DNA of 63,839 nt, filler included, from Collodictyon triciliatum (lineage: Eukaryota), in the NCBI GenBank assembly GCA_043381765.1. It is 14 parts of 14 records of this genome, joined end to end, with 100 filler letters (N's around TTAATTAATTAA, not from the genome) between each part and the next. Parts side by side here need not be neighbours in the genome. Positions count along the whole stretch, not along the records: positions 27,566 to 32,057 come from JBHJMP010006039.1; positions 32,158 to 36,646 come from JBHJMP010006040.1; positions 36,747 to 41,236 come from JBHJMP010006041.1; 11 more parts are not named here. The stretch is one strand, 5' to 3'. The first letter of the stretch is position 1; every line of letters starts with the position of its first letter. Below are positions 27,566-40,452 of the stretch, one piece after another. A program made the position numbers and the translations under genes. The notes under the pieces were generated by a model. The model saw only the letters and a program-made list of their open reading frames with translations. It ran no database searches and was not told the DNA's origin.

Positions 27566-28914
27566 TCTGTACCAGATTCACCAGTCTTATCAAGAAATTG
27601 CACGACAATGCAACAGCGAGGGTACTCACGGCACACGGACCTACAGATGCAATTCAAAGACAGAGCGGGGTGTATCAAGGCTGCCCACTTGCACCACTGC
27701 TCTTCAACTTTGTCGCTGACTGCATTGCAAACCACTTCCGAAACGAAAACAAGGTATGCAACCAACTGCTACTTCAATATGCAGACGACACAGCTTTCAT
27801 ATTGCGGTCTCCAGAAGGCGCTATCCTGGCAAATAAGTGCATGCAAGAATACACACGAGCTGTCGGCGGGAAAATCAACTACGACAAGACAGATGGAATT
27901 CTTTTTGGGTTTCAGGATGGACTTATGCTTCCAGGAAACATTGTGTGGAAGCCACCTTCACATCCACTCAAGTATCTTGGCATCATCTTCGGTCCACAAT
28001 CGGATAGCAAATGGACAAGCTTGGTTGAAGACATCAAGTCAAAAATATCAGTGTGGGGCAACTTTCATCTCTCGGACGTGGGGAAAGTAAGGTTGTGGAA
28101 CCAAGTGATGCTGTCGACCCTTATCTACAACATGATAGGCACTTTGCTGAATCCCCAAAGGCTGAAGGAGCTGAGAGACATCTGCCACAACTTCATCATT
28201 ACGGAGAATCAAAATTAAAAAAAACTGGAAGCAAGCCCGTATACCTCAGTTACTCCCGAAACACCGCGCCCTACTGCTCAATATCTCCAACAGAGAGAGC
28301 TGTGGATAGGTGCGCGTGTAGTCCATGCAGCAACGACCTCTCCAGATTGCACCATGTGCCATAGTGGAGTTGACTCTATCGAACACACATTTGTTAAGTG
28401 CTCTCTTGCTCAAAAAGTGGCAGAGTCTACCCACATGATGCTCTCTGAGCTTGATTATGCTCCCAACCAACTCAGCGCGTCAGACATCCTGTTTGGTCTG
28501 CAATAATAAATGACCCACAACTCTAGAATACTCGGGACAGTCACAAGGGGACATTTTCTGTGGCCCTTCTGGAGTGTGCGTGCATTCTATCGCTCTAATG
28601 ATTCGCCTGAACGAGAAATCAATGTATCCAGGCTTGAAAGCCTCGTGCAATACAGCTTCCTGAACAGCCTGCTGAAACGCGCCCGCATTCTTCGCTACTC
28701 TGACCGCAAACGATGAGAGATGTGGGAATGTGTCGTGCGATATCTCCCACAGCATATCCAACCTCTGCTACCCACACAACCCATCAACCAGTTAGGTCGC
28801 CCATCTGACCAACTCGCTATCACTGATTTCTTCCCCTTGATTTCATCATCATTACCAATCAGCATCACACAAAAAGGGAACCCGTATACCCCTCTTCTGA
28901 TTGTAATCCACTGA
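27566..28914 (+). mobile_element. Non-LTR retrotransposon (L1/Tx1-like) ORF2 fragment: RT domain and C-terminal CCHC (zf-RVT-like) region, internally deleted and frameshifted
   Basis: SGVYQGCPLAPLLFN, LQYADDT, KINYDKT and LKYLGI (27598-28218). CTMCHSGVDSIEHTFVKC at about 28349-28402 is a C-x2-C-x8-H-x4-C motif. Stops and frameshifts lie between the blocks. Confidence 0.9.
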
Positions 28915-29999
28915 TATGTCTATAATATACGTCTTAGCGATAAATTTATGTAATTGTGAAAAATTGCACGATTTGATATTGTTTTATAATCTATTATCAA
29001 TATTTTCCACATTTAAATTTTTCATCTGGAGCGTTAATCAGATCTCGTTAAAACCAACGAACTGACAACCAGATAAACCCGAATCCTGCCTTCTTTCACA
29101 ACGGTAACAACACATATGCGCCATCGGAAAAACTCGCCTGCTTGGGTGTTCAACAGTTGGAAATAAGCAGAAGAACAAAGCAAAATAAGAAAAGGGGTAC
29201 ATGTGATTAGAACAATCCTATTATATGCCAGGAGTTTCTCGACTTTAAAAAAGCATTGTTTTCTAGTTATTCGTGCAGTATCCTTCTTGTTTAAGTTCGC
29301 TCCACATAATCGGATGAATGCAATAACATATATCCCTTCATGGTTGTTTATTTTTAATTCTGAGTTGACTAAAGTTGGAGCCATGTTTTATTTTAGCTCA
29401 AACGCAGCTCTAAGTCATTTTTTAAACGAATAGAATGCTCTATCCTGAGCCAAAGTCGATCTCTCTAAATCGCTGAGTCTGCGCTGTTGATTGATGCCGT
29501 CATGCGTACGTACAAGAAAGTTTGCCTTTTACTATATTCGACTGAATCTTCAAGAGATTCAACTTTACAAAAGTGGACAAGGTGTGAATGGCTGAGAACA
29601 GACATGAATCGAAGAGATAATCAAGGAAATCATTTATTTATTTATTTTATTCTTCCTTTCAATTTTATGCAAGATGGTGTAGATGTTGATAATGGAGGAA
29701 ATCATATTATGGAAAAGAAGAAAGAGGCGGTGAGTTAGATAGGCGAGCTGTACACATGAGAACAGCAAGAAATTTTACTTCTGCACATACTCCTATGTAA
29801 ACGTCTATTTAATGCTTTTTCGTGCTTTATCGAAGCTCAGTGTTCATGATGAATTAACTTTTTAAAGGTGTTTGCTCTTTTGCGTAGCTGAATGATTTTT
29901 TTTATATTTTTCCTTTCGGTTTATACAAAATGGGGGTTGTATAGTTCTGAAAGAGTACATAATCGATATTTGAATACGAATTTGCTTATTGTTGAAGAG

Positions 30000-31450
30000 A
30001 GGCTCATTCTCTTGAACCCGTTTCAGAATGGTTTGTTACAGCAACAATACTAACTCGCTTTTCTATCAAAATGTACCAGATGGAGGTTTTTGGTACTGAT
30101 TCGTCGGACTTTATTTGCTCGAGCACTAATCAGGGACTTGAGACGAAGAAGTATTCGGTTATCAGGAATCGAATCCTGTGATTTGGCCTGTAGTCTGGGT
30201 TTTGTGCTTGCATCAAAGAGGTAAGGCGAGGTTTAGTCTCTATTCAGCTCCTCTACACATGTCTTTTCTCATAGAGTGTTTGTAATTACGAACGTGGATG
30301 TGGCGAGGGGTCCTTGATGAAAGAGAGTTGTATGATGTCATCTAGTCTATATCGGCTATGGTGGGTGAGTGTTAAATCTTGAAATTCTTCAATTCTATAA
30401 TTATTAATATTGAATAGGATGTTACTGAAGTAGATAATTGCAATTAATGATGGGGTGAACACATTTTTTTTTATTTTTTTCAGCATCCGCCATGCACTTT
30501 AGTAGTCACAAGTGTAACAAGATACAATTAGCCCTCGCTTACAGACATCATGCAACATGGTATGATATTACTTGGTGAATAACTCAGTATCTTAGATTTC
30601 ATTATAATTGACGTGATCTGTAATGATTTTGTATATTTTTTGAGCTGAACATTTTGTAAAATTTTCTTGGATTGCGTGGTGAAATGTAATCACTTTTTTA
30701 TGGTATGTAGTAAATTACCGTGCTGTATTTGATTGAATTTTTTCTACTTCATTAGAAATTTTATCTATGTTTGATGGCAATTTGCCTTTTAAATGTATTT
30801 TTATTCTCCCTTTCAGCTTGTACAAAATAGCAAAGGCTTTGGCTTTGGTTCACTAGCCATCATGGCATGGACGCTACTTGTTGACCAGGCGACGGACAAC
30901 TAATCACATATCAAGAATTGCACCTGCAGCATGGCCCGTAGTCTGGGTCTTATGCATGAATGAGAGAGGCGAGGCGAACTTTCATGACTTTCTCAACCTC
31001 TTTCCGCATGTCTTTTCTCACAGAGTCTGAGTGATGAAGAATGTGCAGAAGGCGAAGGAAGCCATTGAGAAAAGAGATGACAAGATGCCATCCAACCTTA
31101 TTGTCAGGAATGGGTGGTGGATTGTTGAATCTTGCTTCGCGTAAGTATATGCGTGTTATCCACATATTCGTTAGAAAATTTCCTCTTTATATTTACATAT
31201 TTTTATCTTTGGTTTGATGTAAGATGTAGTATGATGTCTTAAAAGACTAGCATATGTACCATTTTGTTGAAAGAAAAAAATATAGGCTATAGGAGCATAA
31301 AAGTGAGAGGATATGTCATACCAAATGAACCTGACTTCTAATCGTCAGTATCTGCATGGAGCGAGGGAGACACTCGTGAGGTTTGATACGGGTACTCCAT
31401 ACTAATGGAGACTGTTTGAGATGACCTTATCCGCGCTGTGCTGCATACAT
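30000..31450 (-). pseudogene. Degraded coding-like remnants, possibly a hAT-like transposase
   Basis: Broken frames such as GWHLVISFLNGFLRLLHILHHSDS, AAGAILD and YCCCNKP, interrupted by many stops. The family assignment is weak. Confidence 0.2.
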
Positions 31451-31654
31451 TTTTTTTAAAAAAATAATTTAATCGAATTGAGGTCAAGAGACTTTCAGAC
31501 ATCAAAGGAACGTGAGAGAACTCATCCACTAAGATTATGGCTCCTTTCTGGGATTTTACATGTTCGATATTGGCGTATAGTTTTTATTACGGATTCGTCC
31601 ATTACATGCGATGTAATTTATACTAATGCAGCGCTAATTTTGCCCTTTTTTTTA

Positions 31655-31900
31655 TGTTTTAATTTTCCATTATTTGATTCAAAGTGCACCAATGCTATGC
31701 CATACAAGGGGCGAGATAGGTGTGCGTGGTAGAGAGCAAATACGAGTAGGAGAGGACGCTACTCTGGAGAAGTTAGAACTGGATAGAAATCAGTGATAAC
31801 AAGTTGGTCAGGTGGCCATTCCAACTGGTTGATTAGCTGCGTGGGTAGCAGGGGTTGAACATGTTGTGGAAAGTATCTCGCGACACATACCCACTTTGCT
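31655..31900 (-). mobile_element. 5'-truncated LINE copy: ORF2 C-terminus, 3' UTR and tail
   Basis: The reverse complement aligns by eye with 28719-28835 (GTGGGTATGTGTCGCGAGATACTTTCCACAACAT vs GTGGGAATGTGTCGTGCGATATCTCCCACAGCAT). It ends in CCCCTTGTATGGCATAGC...GCACTTTGAATCAAATAATGGAAAA. Confidence 0.85.
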
Positions 31901-32469
31901 CTAGTATGTTAATTTTTAAACTTCTGTCATCATAAAATGTCTTTATTTAAATATGTTGAAATTGAAATTAAAAAAACTTTCTATCAGAACGATTCATGCC
32001 GATGCAACCCGTACTTGAGGATGGATGTAATTTAAAAAAGTATCAGTCGGTAAGATANNNNNNNNNNNNNNNNNNNNNNNNNNNNNNNNNNNNNNNNNNN
32101 NTTAATTAATTAANNNNNNNNNNNNNNNNNNNNNNNNNNNNNNNNNNNNNNNNNNNNAGTGAATTGCCTATAACTTGCACAATTTGAAAGGAAGAAAAAT
32201 AAAATGTATTTAAGAGCTAACACACCTACTCCTCAACACAGCCCCTCGATCAAGGCTCCTGCTGCTCTCATGTCATGGAATCCCGTTCGCGACCGGTCGC
32301 GGTATTCCAACCACCCTTTCTTAGCATATTATTTTGTCCTTTATTCTCTTGATCTTGACTGCTTACTGCTTGCTGAGAACAGTCATATTTGTTGAAAAAG
32401 ATGGAAAATGGACATCATAAAAACGATAAAAGAGATAAATAAAAGAAAGGTAACTAATTTTTTACTCTT

Positions 32470-33165
32470 ATGCGGGATCTGGGAAGGGAGGCCCTCTTCT
32501 CGCGCCAAACTGGTCAGACTGATCACGTCCAGATCTCTATGTTAGAAGAAAATGACCGACATGCTGATGTTCTTCATGACCAAGTGAAAAGAATGAAAGA
32601 AGTGTGGTTTTTCATTATTTTATATCTCACATTAACCCCTTTGAATCAAACAAAGGAGAAAAATCTCACACTCAACTATTCACAATAACATTCTCTGTCA
32701 CTGTTTTACCCTTTATTCGGTTAGATATGTTCACTGTCACTGTTATCATATTTTCTAACACTGGATGTTGTAGTTGTCCAGTACTATAGGTGAAGAAGTA
32801 CGCTCGCAAAGTAGACTCATTAAGCAGATGGTTTGTCTGAATTCTTTACTGCCAAATAATCTGTTTCATGTTTTTCTTGCATGGCGAGCTATGAAGGTAC
32901 TTTACACCGCAAGATTCTTCTGGCGGCACCCTGCCCGAAGATGTAAAAAGTATTATTTTTTGTTGGCTCATAATGACAGAGCATTTGCCACTAGGAGGTA
33001 GATATGAATGAAAACCAAAATCTGTTGGGGAGGACCATGACACGCTTGGATCAACTTGTATCTCAATCATGCACAGGCCATATGTGTATTCTTCTGGCAT
33101 TTGTTTTCTTTGTGCTTTTGCTTGTCTACTTCGTAGCAAAGTTTACCCGACCAGTGGGTGTGTAG
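32470..33165 (+). CDS. Bet1-like Qc-SNARE (exons 32470-32601, 32774-32830, 32995-33165)
   Basis: MLEENDRHADVLHDQVKRMKE|LSSTIGEEVRSQSRLIKQM|EVDMNENQNLLGRTMTRLDQL plus a C-terminal TM HMCILLAFVFFVLLLVYFVAK. Complete ATG-to-TAG model. Confidence 0.85.
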
Positions 33166-33619
33166 CTAGTGCGCCCTAGAGCTTTATTGCTACAATCTCA
33201 CATACCTTTGACACCCAACGAACCTGCGCTCTCTATCACCGGCACCAAGCCACTTCATTCGCAGCCCATCTTCCACCCTTACATCCTATTTCCTATTCCT
33301 TTCCTTGTTTCTTCTGTTGTGGCTGGGTGTGATAAAGTGGACTTCATACGCGTAGATCGTCAATGACCACGTACAAAAAAACTTGAAGTTGCGATCTAGT
33401 TCTACAAAAGCTGACCTATGCACATTGTGGGCTCCTTTCGTCCTTGCCTTGTTCGATGCATAGAAGACGCATTTAAAAAAAGATAAAAAAGAAAGAAAAC
33501 CGGGACAAAAAAGAGAAAACAATAACACCAAATACCCTCAGAAAGTCGTCCTCGCTACTACGACCTTCTCGAGAGATAGTAATAATTATTATTATATATA
33601 CAGATTCAACAATAGAGGA

Positions 33620-35642
33620 ATGCTTAGGGAACCCCAACTGGAGTCACATGTATCGGAGCGGGCTGACAAACGCGAGCTTTTTGGAGGAGCCGACAAGAAA
33701 CTACGCCTTGCTCAGATGCGCATTTTTTGGGTCACCTGGGCTTCTTACTTTGCTGTATACCTAACCAGAAAGCCGATTTCAGTTACAAAATCTACGCTAC
33801 AGGACGATTTGGAGCTCTCGTCCGCTACACTGGCCCTGTTTGATGTGGGCTATCTGTCCACCTATGCCATGGGTCAGTTCTTTAATGGTTGGCTGGCTGA
33901 TCGTCTTGGAGCCAGGATGATACTCGCTACAGGTAAGTAGTTTCGCCCTGTCAACCCGCATAATAACATAAAAAAGAAGAGATTATGCCTTGATATATAA
34001 TAGTGTGATATAACCCTCTTGAACTTAAAATCGAATAGAGGAAAAAAAAATCTTGAAAATAGTGTATTAGAATATCACTTTGAATCGAATAAAGGGAAAA
34101 AAATAGTGTATTAGAGTAGAATAAATATATCAAAATGCATTTTCGACGTCGAAAATTAGCAAACTCAAACACACATACACATCTCGATAAGATATCTTCT
34201 TCCTCTTCATACTTATGTATGGATATTATTACAAGTATTATTGAAGCCCTATATTAAAAACCTTGCACCACAGCCTAGTAATTTGTTTTGTTCTCATGTG
34301 CTGCTTACAAAAAACATTTATCCATGCCTGTGGCTTTTACTAAATCCATTTGCGTCTTATTATCTGAAATAGATCTAATGGGTTCAGGGTTTTGCTGCAT
34401 AACCTTTTCCTTCATGAAAAATCCATGGGGTTTGGGAATAATCTGGTCATTGAATGGTATATTTCAATCTGCAGCCTGGCCAGGATGTATCAAGGCTATC
34501 ACACCATGGTTTGCATCTCGTGACAGGGGATTCATGATGGGCTGGTGGAGTACATGCTACTCAGTTAGTTCCATTATTTTCTGTTTGACAGAGCTATATA
34601 TTTGCTTCCTTCATATCTTTTCTAGAATCCTTACCTCTTAGTTTTATCTTTGTCATATTATTTTAATGGTTGGAAACACAAGGTATCAAATATTCAAATA
34701 CTTTGTCACTTATACACGAACTATCTCTTTTAGCTCGGTGGGATAGTCGGAACATTGCTATCTACGTCCTTCCTTAGTATTCAAGGATGGGAAAGCGCAT
34801 TTCTTTACCCTGGAATTATAGTGCTTCTGGTTGGTCTCACTGCTCGTCTATTTTTGACAAACCATCCATCTGATATTGGCCTTGTATCACCGTATGATAA
34901 CGAAACTGGTAAAGAACAAATCATAGACCGGGATGTCAAGGAGGATACTCCTATTTTAAGGGACTCCGTCGTGTCAACATCTTCATTACCAGGCGATGGT
35001 ATAAATACGGAAAAAAACGAGCGATCGGATACTTCTTTTTTAACTGCCATACGCTTGCCAGGGGTACTCGACATAAGCATCGCCTACTTTTGTGTCAAGC
35101 TAATCGTATCATCTCTGTTCTTTTGGCTGCCTTACTATCTCGACGAAGAAGTTGGGTACTCGTCTACGACTGCTGGATATGTCTCTGCTATGCTCGATGT
35201 GGGCGGTTCTCTTGGTAGCGTAGTAACTGGGTATGTGTCTGATAGGTGGTTTAAAAGCCGTCGCATTCTCGTGGTGGTTCCCTGTTTTATAATGTCAGCC
35301 GCTTTTATGTGGGTCTACCTTTTGATTGGAAAAGAGGGGGTAGCCTTTAACTCTATCGTACTATGTCTGGTTGGATTTTTCATATTTGGCCCTGACACAC
35401 TACTAGCTGGTGCCGCAGCTCAGGACATTGGTGGTCGGTCATCAGCAACAGTTGCTGGATTGATAAATGGAATTGGTTCGTTGGGTGCAATTCTTCAGGG
35501 CCCAGTTACAAGTTTCACATCAAACCAGTACGGATGGCAATCCCTATTCTATCTATTGATGATAATGTGCGGTGCTTGCTGTTTTTCTCTCACAAGAATG
35601 TTGCTGATTGATATTCGAAAATACCGAATGCTCCTACCATAA
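33620..35642 (+). CDS. MFS organophosphate:Pi antiporter (OPA / SLC37 / GlpT-UhpC family), exons 33620-33932, 34373-34563, 34734-35642
   Basis: YFAVYLTRKPIS, YAMGQFFNGWLADRLGAR, NGIFQSAAWPGC, RGFMMGWWSTC, FFWLPYYL, GYVSDR, GFFIFGPD and VAGLINGIGSLGAILQG. Splice phases are consistent. Confidence 0.93.
34017..34115 (+). mobile_element. Two adjacent ultra-short LINE 3'-tail insertions with TSDs in MFS intron 1
   Basis: TCTTGAA[CTTAAAATCGAATAGAGGAAAAAAAAA]TCTTGAA (34017-34057) and AAAATAGTGTATTAGA[ATATCACTTTGAATCGAATAAAGGGAAA]AAAATAGTGTATTAGA (34056-34115). Confidence 0.8.
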
Positions 35643-36096
35643 CGCTCTCATTTTTTTTTTACAGTGTTTTCGTAATATATTCGACATAAACTGACATAAT
35701 GTTCTTGCGTTCGACTCATACGTCAGATTTTTAAAGAAGTCTTCATCTTAAAATAAAATACCACAGCGCCAAAGCATACCAATACGAGGTAGTGCGAATA
35801 ATCCTTTTATATAAAACAAATACAAAAGCAAGCAAATGGGAATGATTCGTATTCAATTGTTTCTCTCATCAAAATGTTTGAAACTCTGGCAACAGGTTTT
35901 TTTTTTTTAAAAAAAAGCCAAACCATAAAGTCGAGCTTGTCGAATAACCTCGCATTTCTCTGTTAAAATTATCAATACATGTTCATTTCACCTCAATAAT
36001 TTTCTAGATTATTTATAGTCCAATAAAACATGCAGACTCACAGAAAATAGAGCGATGTATTCACAAACAGTTTGTCGCAATGGCCAAAAACCTTTC

Positions 36097-36163
36097 AAAT
36101 GAAATAACATAATCCTCGCTGCACTTTGAATCGAATAAAGGGAAAAAAATCAAATAACATAAT
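36097..36163 (+). mobile_element. 33-nt LINE 3'-tail insertion with 17-bp TSD (one mismatch)
   Basis: AAATGAAATAACATAAT[CCTCGCTGCACTTTGAATCGAATAAAGGGAAAA]AAATCAAATAACATAAT. Confidence 0.85.
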
Positions 36164-36544
36164 AAAATCAAATCAAATAACATAGACTCGGCTCCTAAAA
36201 TAAAGAGTCTATACAAGTTCGAATTACGCGTGTGCGCGTATCCTAAAATCAGGAAAGGGAAACTGGATACCTGTTTCTCACCGAAAATATGAAATGACAT
36301 CGCTCCAGACATACTCATCGTGCAAGGAAAGCTTTCTATGATGTTGGTGGAGTGCAAAGAAATGACGCTCAGCCACAGCATCATTTTCACTTCTTTCTGG
36401 GTACTAAGCTCTCTCATACTGCTATCGACCGTATCACCCAACGCGCAAAACCTTAAGATATGTAACTCGCCTTCCCTCATTTCACTTCTGACCTATGACC
36501 CAGGTCCGTCCTCTCCTTTTGATTAAATGCCAGCTGCACTATTT

Positions 36545-36643
<99 letters not shown>

Positions 36644-36646
36644 TTT
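36545..36646. repeat. (TTTA)n microsatellite
   Basis: Direct reading. Confidence 0.96.
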
Positions 36647-36746
36647 NNNNNNNNNNNNNNNNNNNNNNNNNNNNNNNNNNNNNNNNNNNNTTAATTAATT
36701 AANNNNNNNNNNNNNNNNNNNNNNNNNNNNNNNNNNNNNNNNNNNN

Positions 36747-36864
36747 GAAAATGAAAATGAAAATGAAAATGAAAATGAAAATGAAAATGAAAATGAAAAT
36801 GAAAATGAAAATGAAAATGAAAATGAAAATGAAAATGAAAATGAAACTGAAACTGAAACTGAAA
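36747..36864. repeat. (GAAAAT)n microsatellite
   Basis: Direct reading. Confidence 0.96.
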
Positions 36865-37140
36865 GAGAAACAAGCAGAAAAAGAGAACGAACTGAAAACA
36901 ATCTAAAAAGAAAGCAGTTTCGATGAGACAAAAATGGATAAAAGAAACATTACAAGGGTGGACAGCAAGGAAAAGTCAAAAGAGCCGGGCGAATTGAGGG
37001 CGCAGCTCCGCGGTGAACTCGCACTCAAGATATACGTGTTTGGCAAAAAAGCATCACTGAACAAAAGAGCAGCGATCAAATTCCACCAGCAGAAACAGAC
37101 GAACGAACGGACAGACGGACAGACAGACAGCAGCACAGTA

Positions 37141-39702
37141 ATGGCGGAGGAAACTGCGGCAGAGCAACACAAGGCGCAGGCCGATGGGCCGATTGTCTTT
37201 GGGACGTGTTCGTGGACCGATCCGTCCTTGCTTGCGTGTGCAAAGTTTTACCCGCCTGGCTCGAGAAAGTCGCCCGAGGACCTCTTGGCATTTTATGCAA
37301 CGCAGTTGCCTTGTGTCGAGGTTGACATGACTACCTATTCCATCCCTCAACCGCATCGATGCGCCCAGGTGTGTCATTGAAAAAAAAAAATGCAACCTTT
37401 GATGTATATAATCATTGGTTTGATTTGGTTCGCCTTGAAATACAATTCTTGTTTGTGCGTGAGGTGTGCCGAGCCAAGAAAGATATCAGGCTAGGATAAA
37501 GTGCCTATTTTCTGGCCATTTAATTTTTCCACGGGGTTTCAATTGATGTTACTCTTTAAATATCATTTTAATACTGTTTTACCTAGTGGGCAAAGGTTTG
37601 CATCATCTCCCAGTTCTGTGTGGCAGCGGAAATACTGTGCAAATAATAACCTTATATATCATTCAAATCGCCCTCCTTTTTCGCAAAAATGTAGTCAACT
37701 TAATCACCTATTTTCTTTTACAAGACTTTTTAACTTTTTCTGATATCTATTTACCTTCCATAGGTTACCCCGAAGAATTTTGTAATTCATGTTAAGGTTA
37801 GCTTTTATTCATTTTGATACGTTTCCCTCAAAGCTTAACATTACATTGAACTCACCGCCATATCCCTGAATATACTTACTAAACATAAGGGAAAAAAAAA
37901 ACAACGGTAGGCATTTTGCATGTTTACCCAACGCTCAGCCGACCTTGCATCCCTACCTTATTCTATTCGAGCAGAGCTATGCGCAAAGAACACAAAGTTC
38001 TCATCTGTTATTCTGGAAGATGGGCAGGAATCCCGTGCACAATCACGTGTCTCCATCAGTGATTTGGGTGATCTTCTTCCTCAGCTTTGGAGAAGTTTCA
38101 ATGAAGCTATTCTCCCCATTTACGAGGCAGGAAAACTTGGCCTCGTCCTCTTTCAGTTTATGGAGTCATTTCGTTGCACATCCCACAATATCGATTACGT
38201 GATGCAATGCCTCGGCTATTTGGACCCGCGCTTCCAGTTTGCTATCGAATTCAGAAGTGATACTTGGGTCTCGTTGTCGCCAGCCCCGCTGTACATATCT
38301 AAAAAAATCGATGATACTGTTCGACTTCACCACACCCGAATTCGAAGCGCCGCATCACAAGCACTTATATCACCTCCTGATGTGAAAGACTCGAGTCTTG
38401 GATGTGGATTCATTCGGGCATCTGAACTACAGAAGAAGCGAACTCCGACTTACGCAGCTGAAACCGTGCGCTGGCTTCGTGAACTGAATGTTGTCTTGGT
38501 CACAGTAGATGATATGCGGATGAGTGACGATGGTAGCATGGTCAAACTCCCGATTTTTTTGGATTGCACACATCCTGAAATATCTTATATTCGGCAAGTT
38601 ATATTTCTTTTCTCTTTCTGCTCTCTGTTGCGTCGAGTCTGGATATGATAATCAAGATTTTAAGAGCTTACGAACAACAACATATTGGACCAACCCTCTC
38701 AATAAATCATGTCGTATATATTGATACTTATTTACTCGTTTCTCTTTTCAGCGTACATAGGAGAGTCGGACACGAAAGATTGCTCTCGGAGAGCGAGATG
38801 TGTGCATGGGCAGGCATGATTCCAAAGTACTTGGAAACGAACCACCATACAAAGAAGCTATTTTTTCTATGGAATACAAACTATGAAGACCAAAGGTTCT
38901 CTGCTCCCCTTCTTTTGTTTTACTTTTTTGGCTTTCCTTTCGCTTGAAATCTTATTCCCTTTATCGCAACCCGCTCACATCGAGCAGGCAAGCTACTACT
39001 CATCCATGCGGATCATCTCTAACGCCAACTACACAAAACCATCCTCATCACCGTGATCATACCCTAACAACCCTAGCATGGTGAACATATCACGATTCTC
39101 GTCTCTGATCCAGAGCCTCTTCTGCAAGTACAAGCCGCTCATTCCAACCACAGCAACGCCTGGCGAAACTCACCCTATCCACGTAAGAACGTCTTAAGCG
39201 CTTGCTCGCCATCCCCTTCCAACATCAAAGAGTGGACGATAGTCATGGCATGCTCACACTTATTCGATAGCGTCCGCTGATCTACGACTGGAAGGGAGCC
39301 CTGATGGCTGAAAAGTCCGCCAAGAAAGGCACAATCTTCCACTTCCTCAACTCCCCGACAAAGCCCATGCAAGGAAACCCGACCACCCCCAAAGACCAGG
39401 AGCCGATCAGCGCCACCTGCAGCACACAAACTCAGTTCCCCAGGCCCCACGAGGGTCAAAGCGAGGCTGCGGATGAATCTGAGGAAGCGGCCGTGCAAAA
39501 AGCCCCTCTGCACAATCGGTCTGTCCTCGCGTTGCTTCAGCAGGCCCAGAACCAGAGTCCAAAGTCACAGGGAATCCCACTTGGCGGATCGCTTGCTATG
39601 GAGCAGTTTGCCCACGCGGCCCACAGATCGCCAAAGAAGAAGCCGAGACTGGAGCCCGGGCAGAAGCCTTTGGCGTTTGTGATCACCCCGTCCTTCGCAT
39701 AG
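37141..39702 (+). CDS. DUF72 (YecE-like TIM-barrel) protein, 7 exons including a 9-nt microexon and a GC-AG intron
   Basis: IVFGTCSW..FYP..LAFYATQLPCVEVDMTTYSIP...Q|WAK|VTPKNFVIHVK|AFCMFTQ...KLGLVLFQF...FAIEFRSDTW...YIR|VHRR. Exons 37141-37368, 37587-37595, 37764-37796, 37911-38593, 38752-38895, 39077-39182, 39271-39702. Confidence 0.85.
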
Positions 39703-40452
39703 CGCCGCGTGTTCTCTCTGACTCCGGCTCACCCAGGCCGTGCATATCGTTTCCAATAAAAGAGCATTTCGGCTGTGAGTACAGTCCACGTCAACGAGGA
39801 GCAGAGACGCATGAAATACAATTGTGGAAAATTACGATATTTATCTAAATACTCATCTTGATTGGGACTAAATCTATCTTCGTGCTTTACAAAGGAAACT
39901 ATGCACATTTTACATTATTTCCAACAGTCGTGTAATCGTAATTGTTCGAATACTTGCATTAGGAAGCACAAGTACAGGAGAACATTCTAGACTTTAGATC
40001 TAACTTCTTTTTTCAGACGATCTTATCCATTGCAGACCAGATTTACAATTTTTATTTCCATTGGACAACCGCGTCGCGGGTTTCCATGACTTTGATCAAT
40101 CAGCGGCGTGGCCGGTGATGGCCTGAGCATTCTAGAAACCCGTACCCACTGGTGAAGTGCCGGGTGCATTGTAAGGGCCAAAAAGCGAGCAGGAGGCGTA
40201 CTGAGTTGTGTAGGCCATGAATACCTGATCAGTGAGACGCAATAGTTCTTTCTTTCCTTTATTCGGCTCAAAGAGTGAGATGCAACTCCATCCTGCCAAC
40301 TAGCTGCATGAGAGCCTTCCTGTTTCCCAATCACCAAGGACCGGGCTTCTGTGGCCTGACTTGCTTCGCTATGTAGCTTATGCTTGCCGAAATGAAATCG
40401 CCACCATTACTGCGTTCATCTCATAAAGCATTTTCCTTATCCATAGTTCACG

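Noticed and set aside
32470-39702. Alternative genetic code or stop-codon reassignment
   Set aside because: Conserved genes (Bet1-like, MFS, DUF72, DHX15, sirtuin) translate without internal stops once spliced and end in TAG, TAA or TGA.
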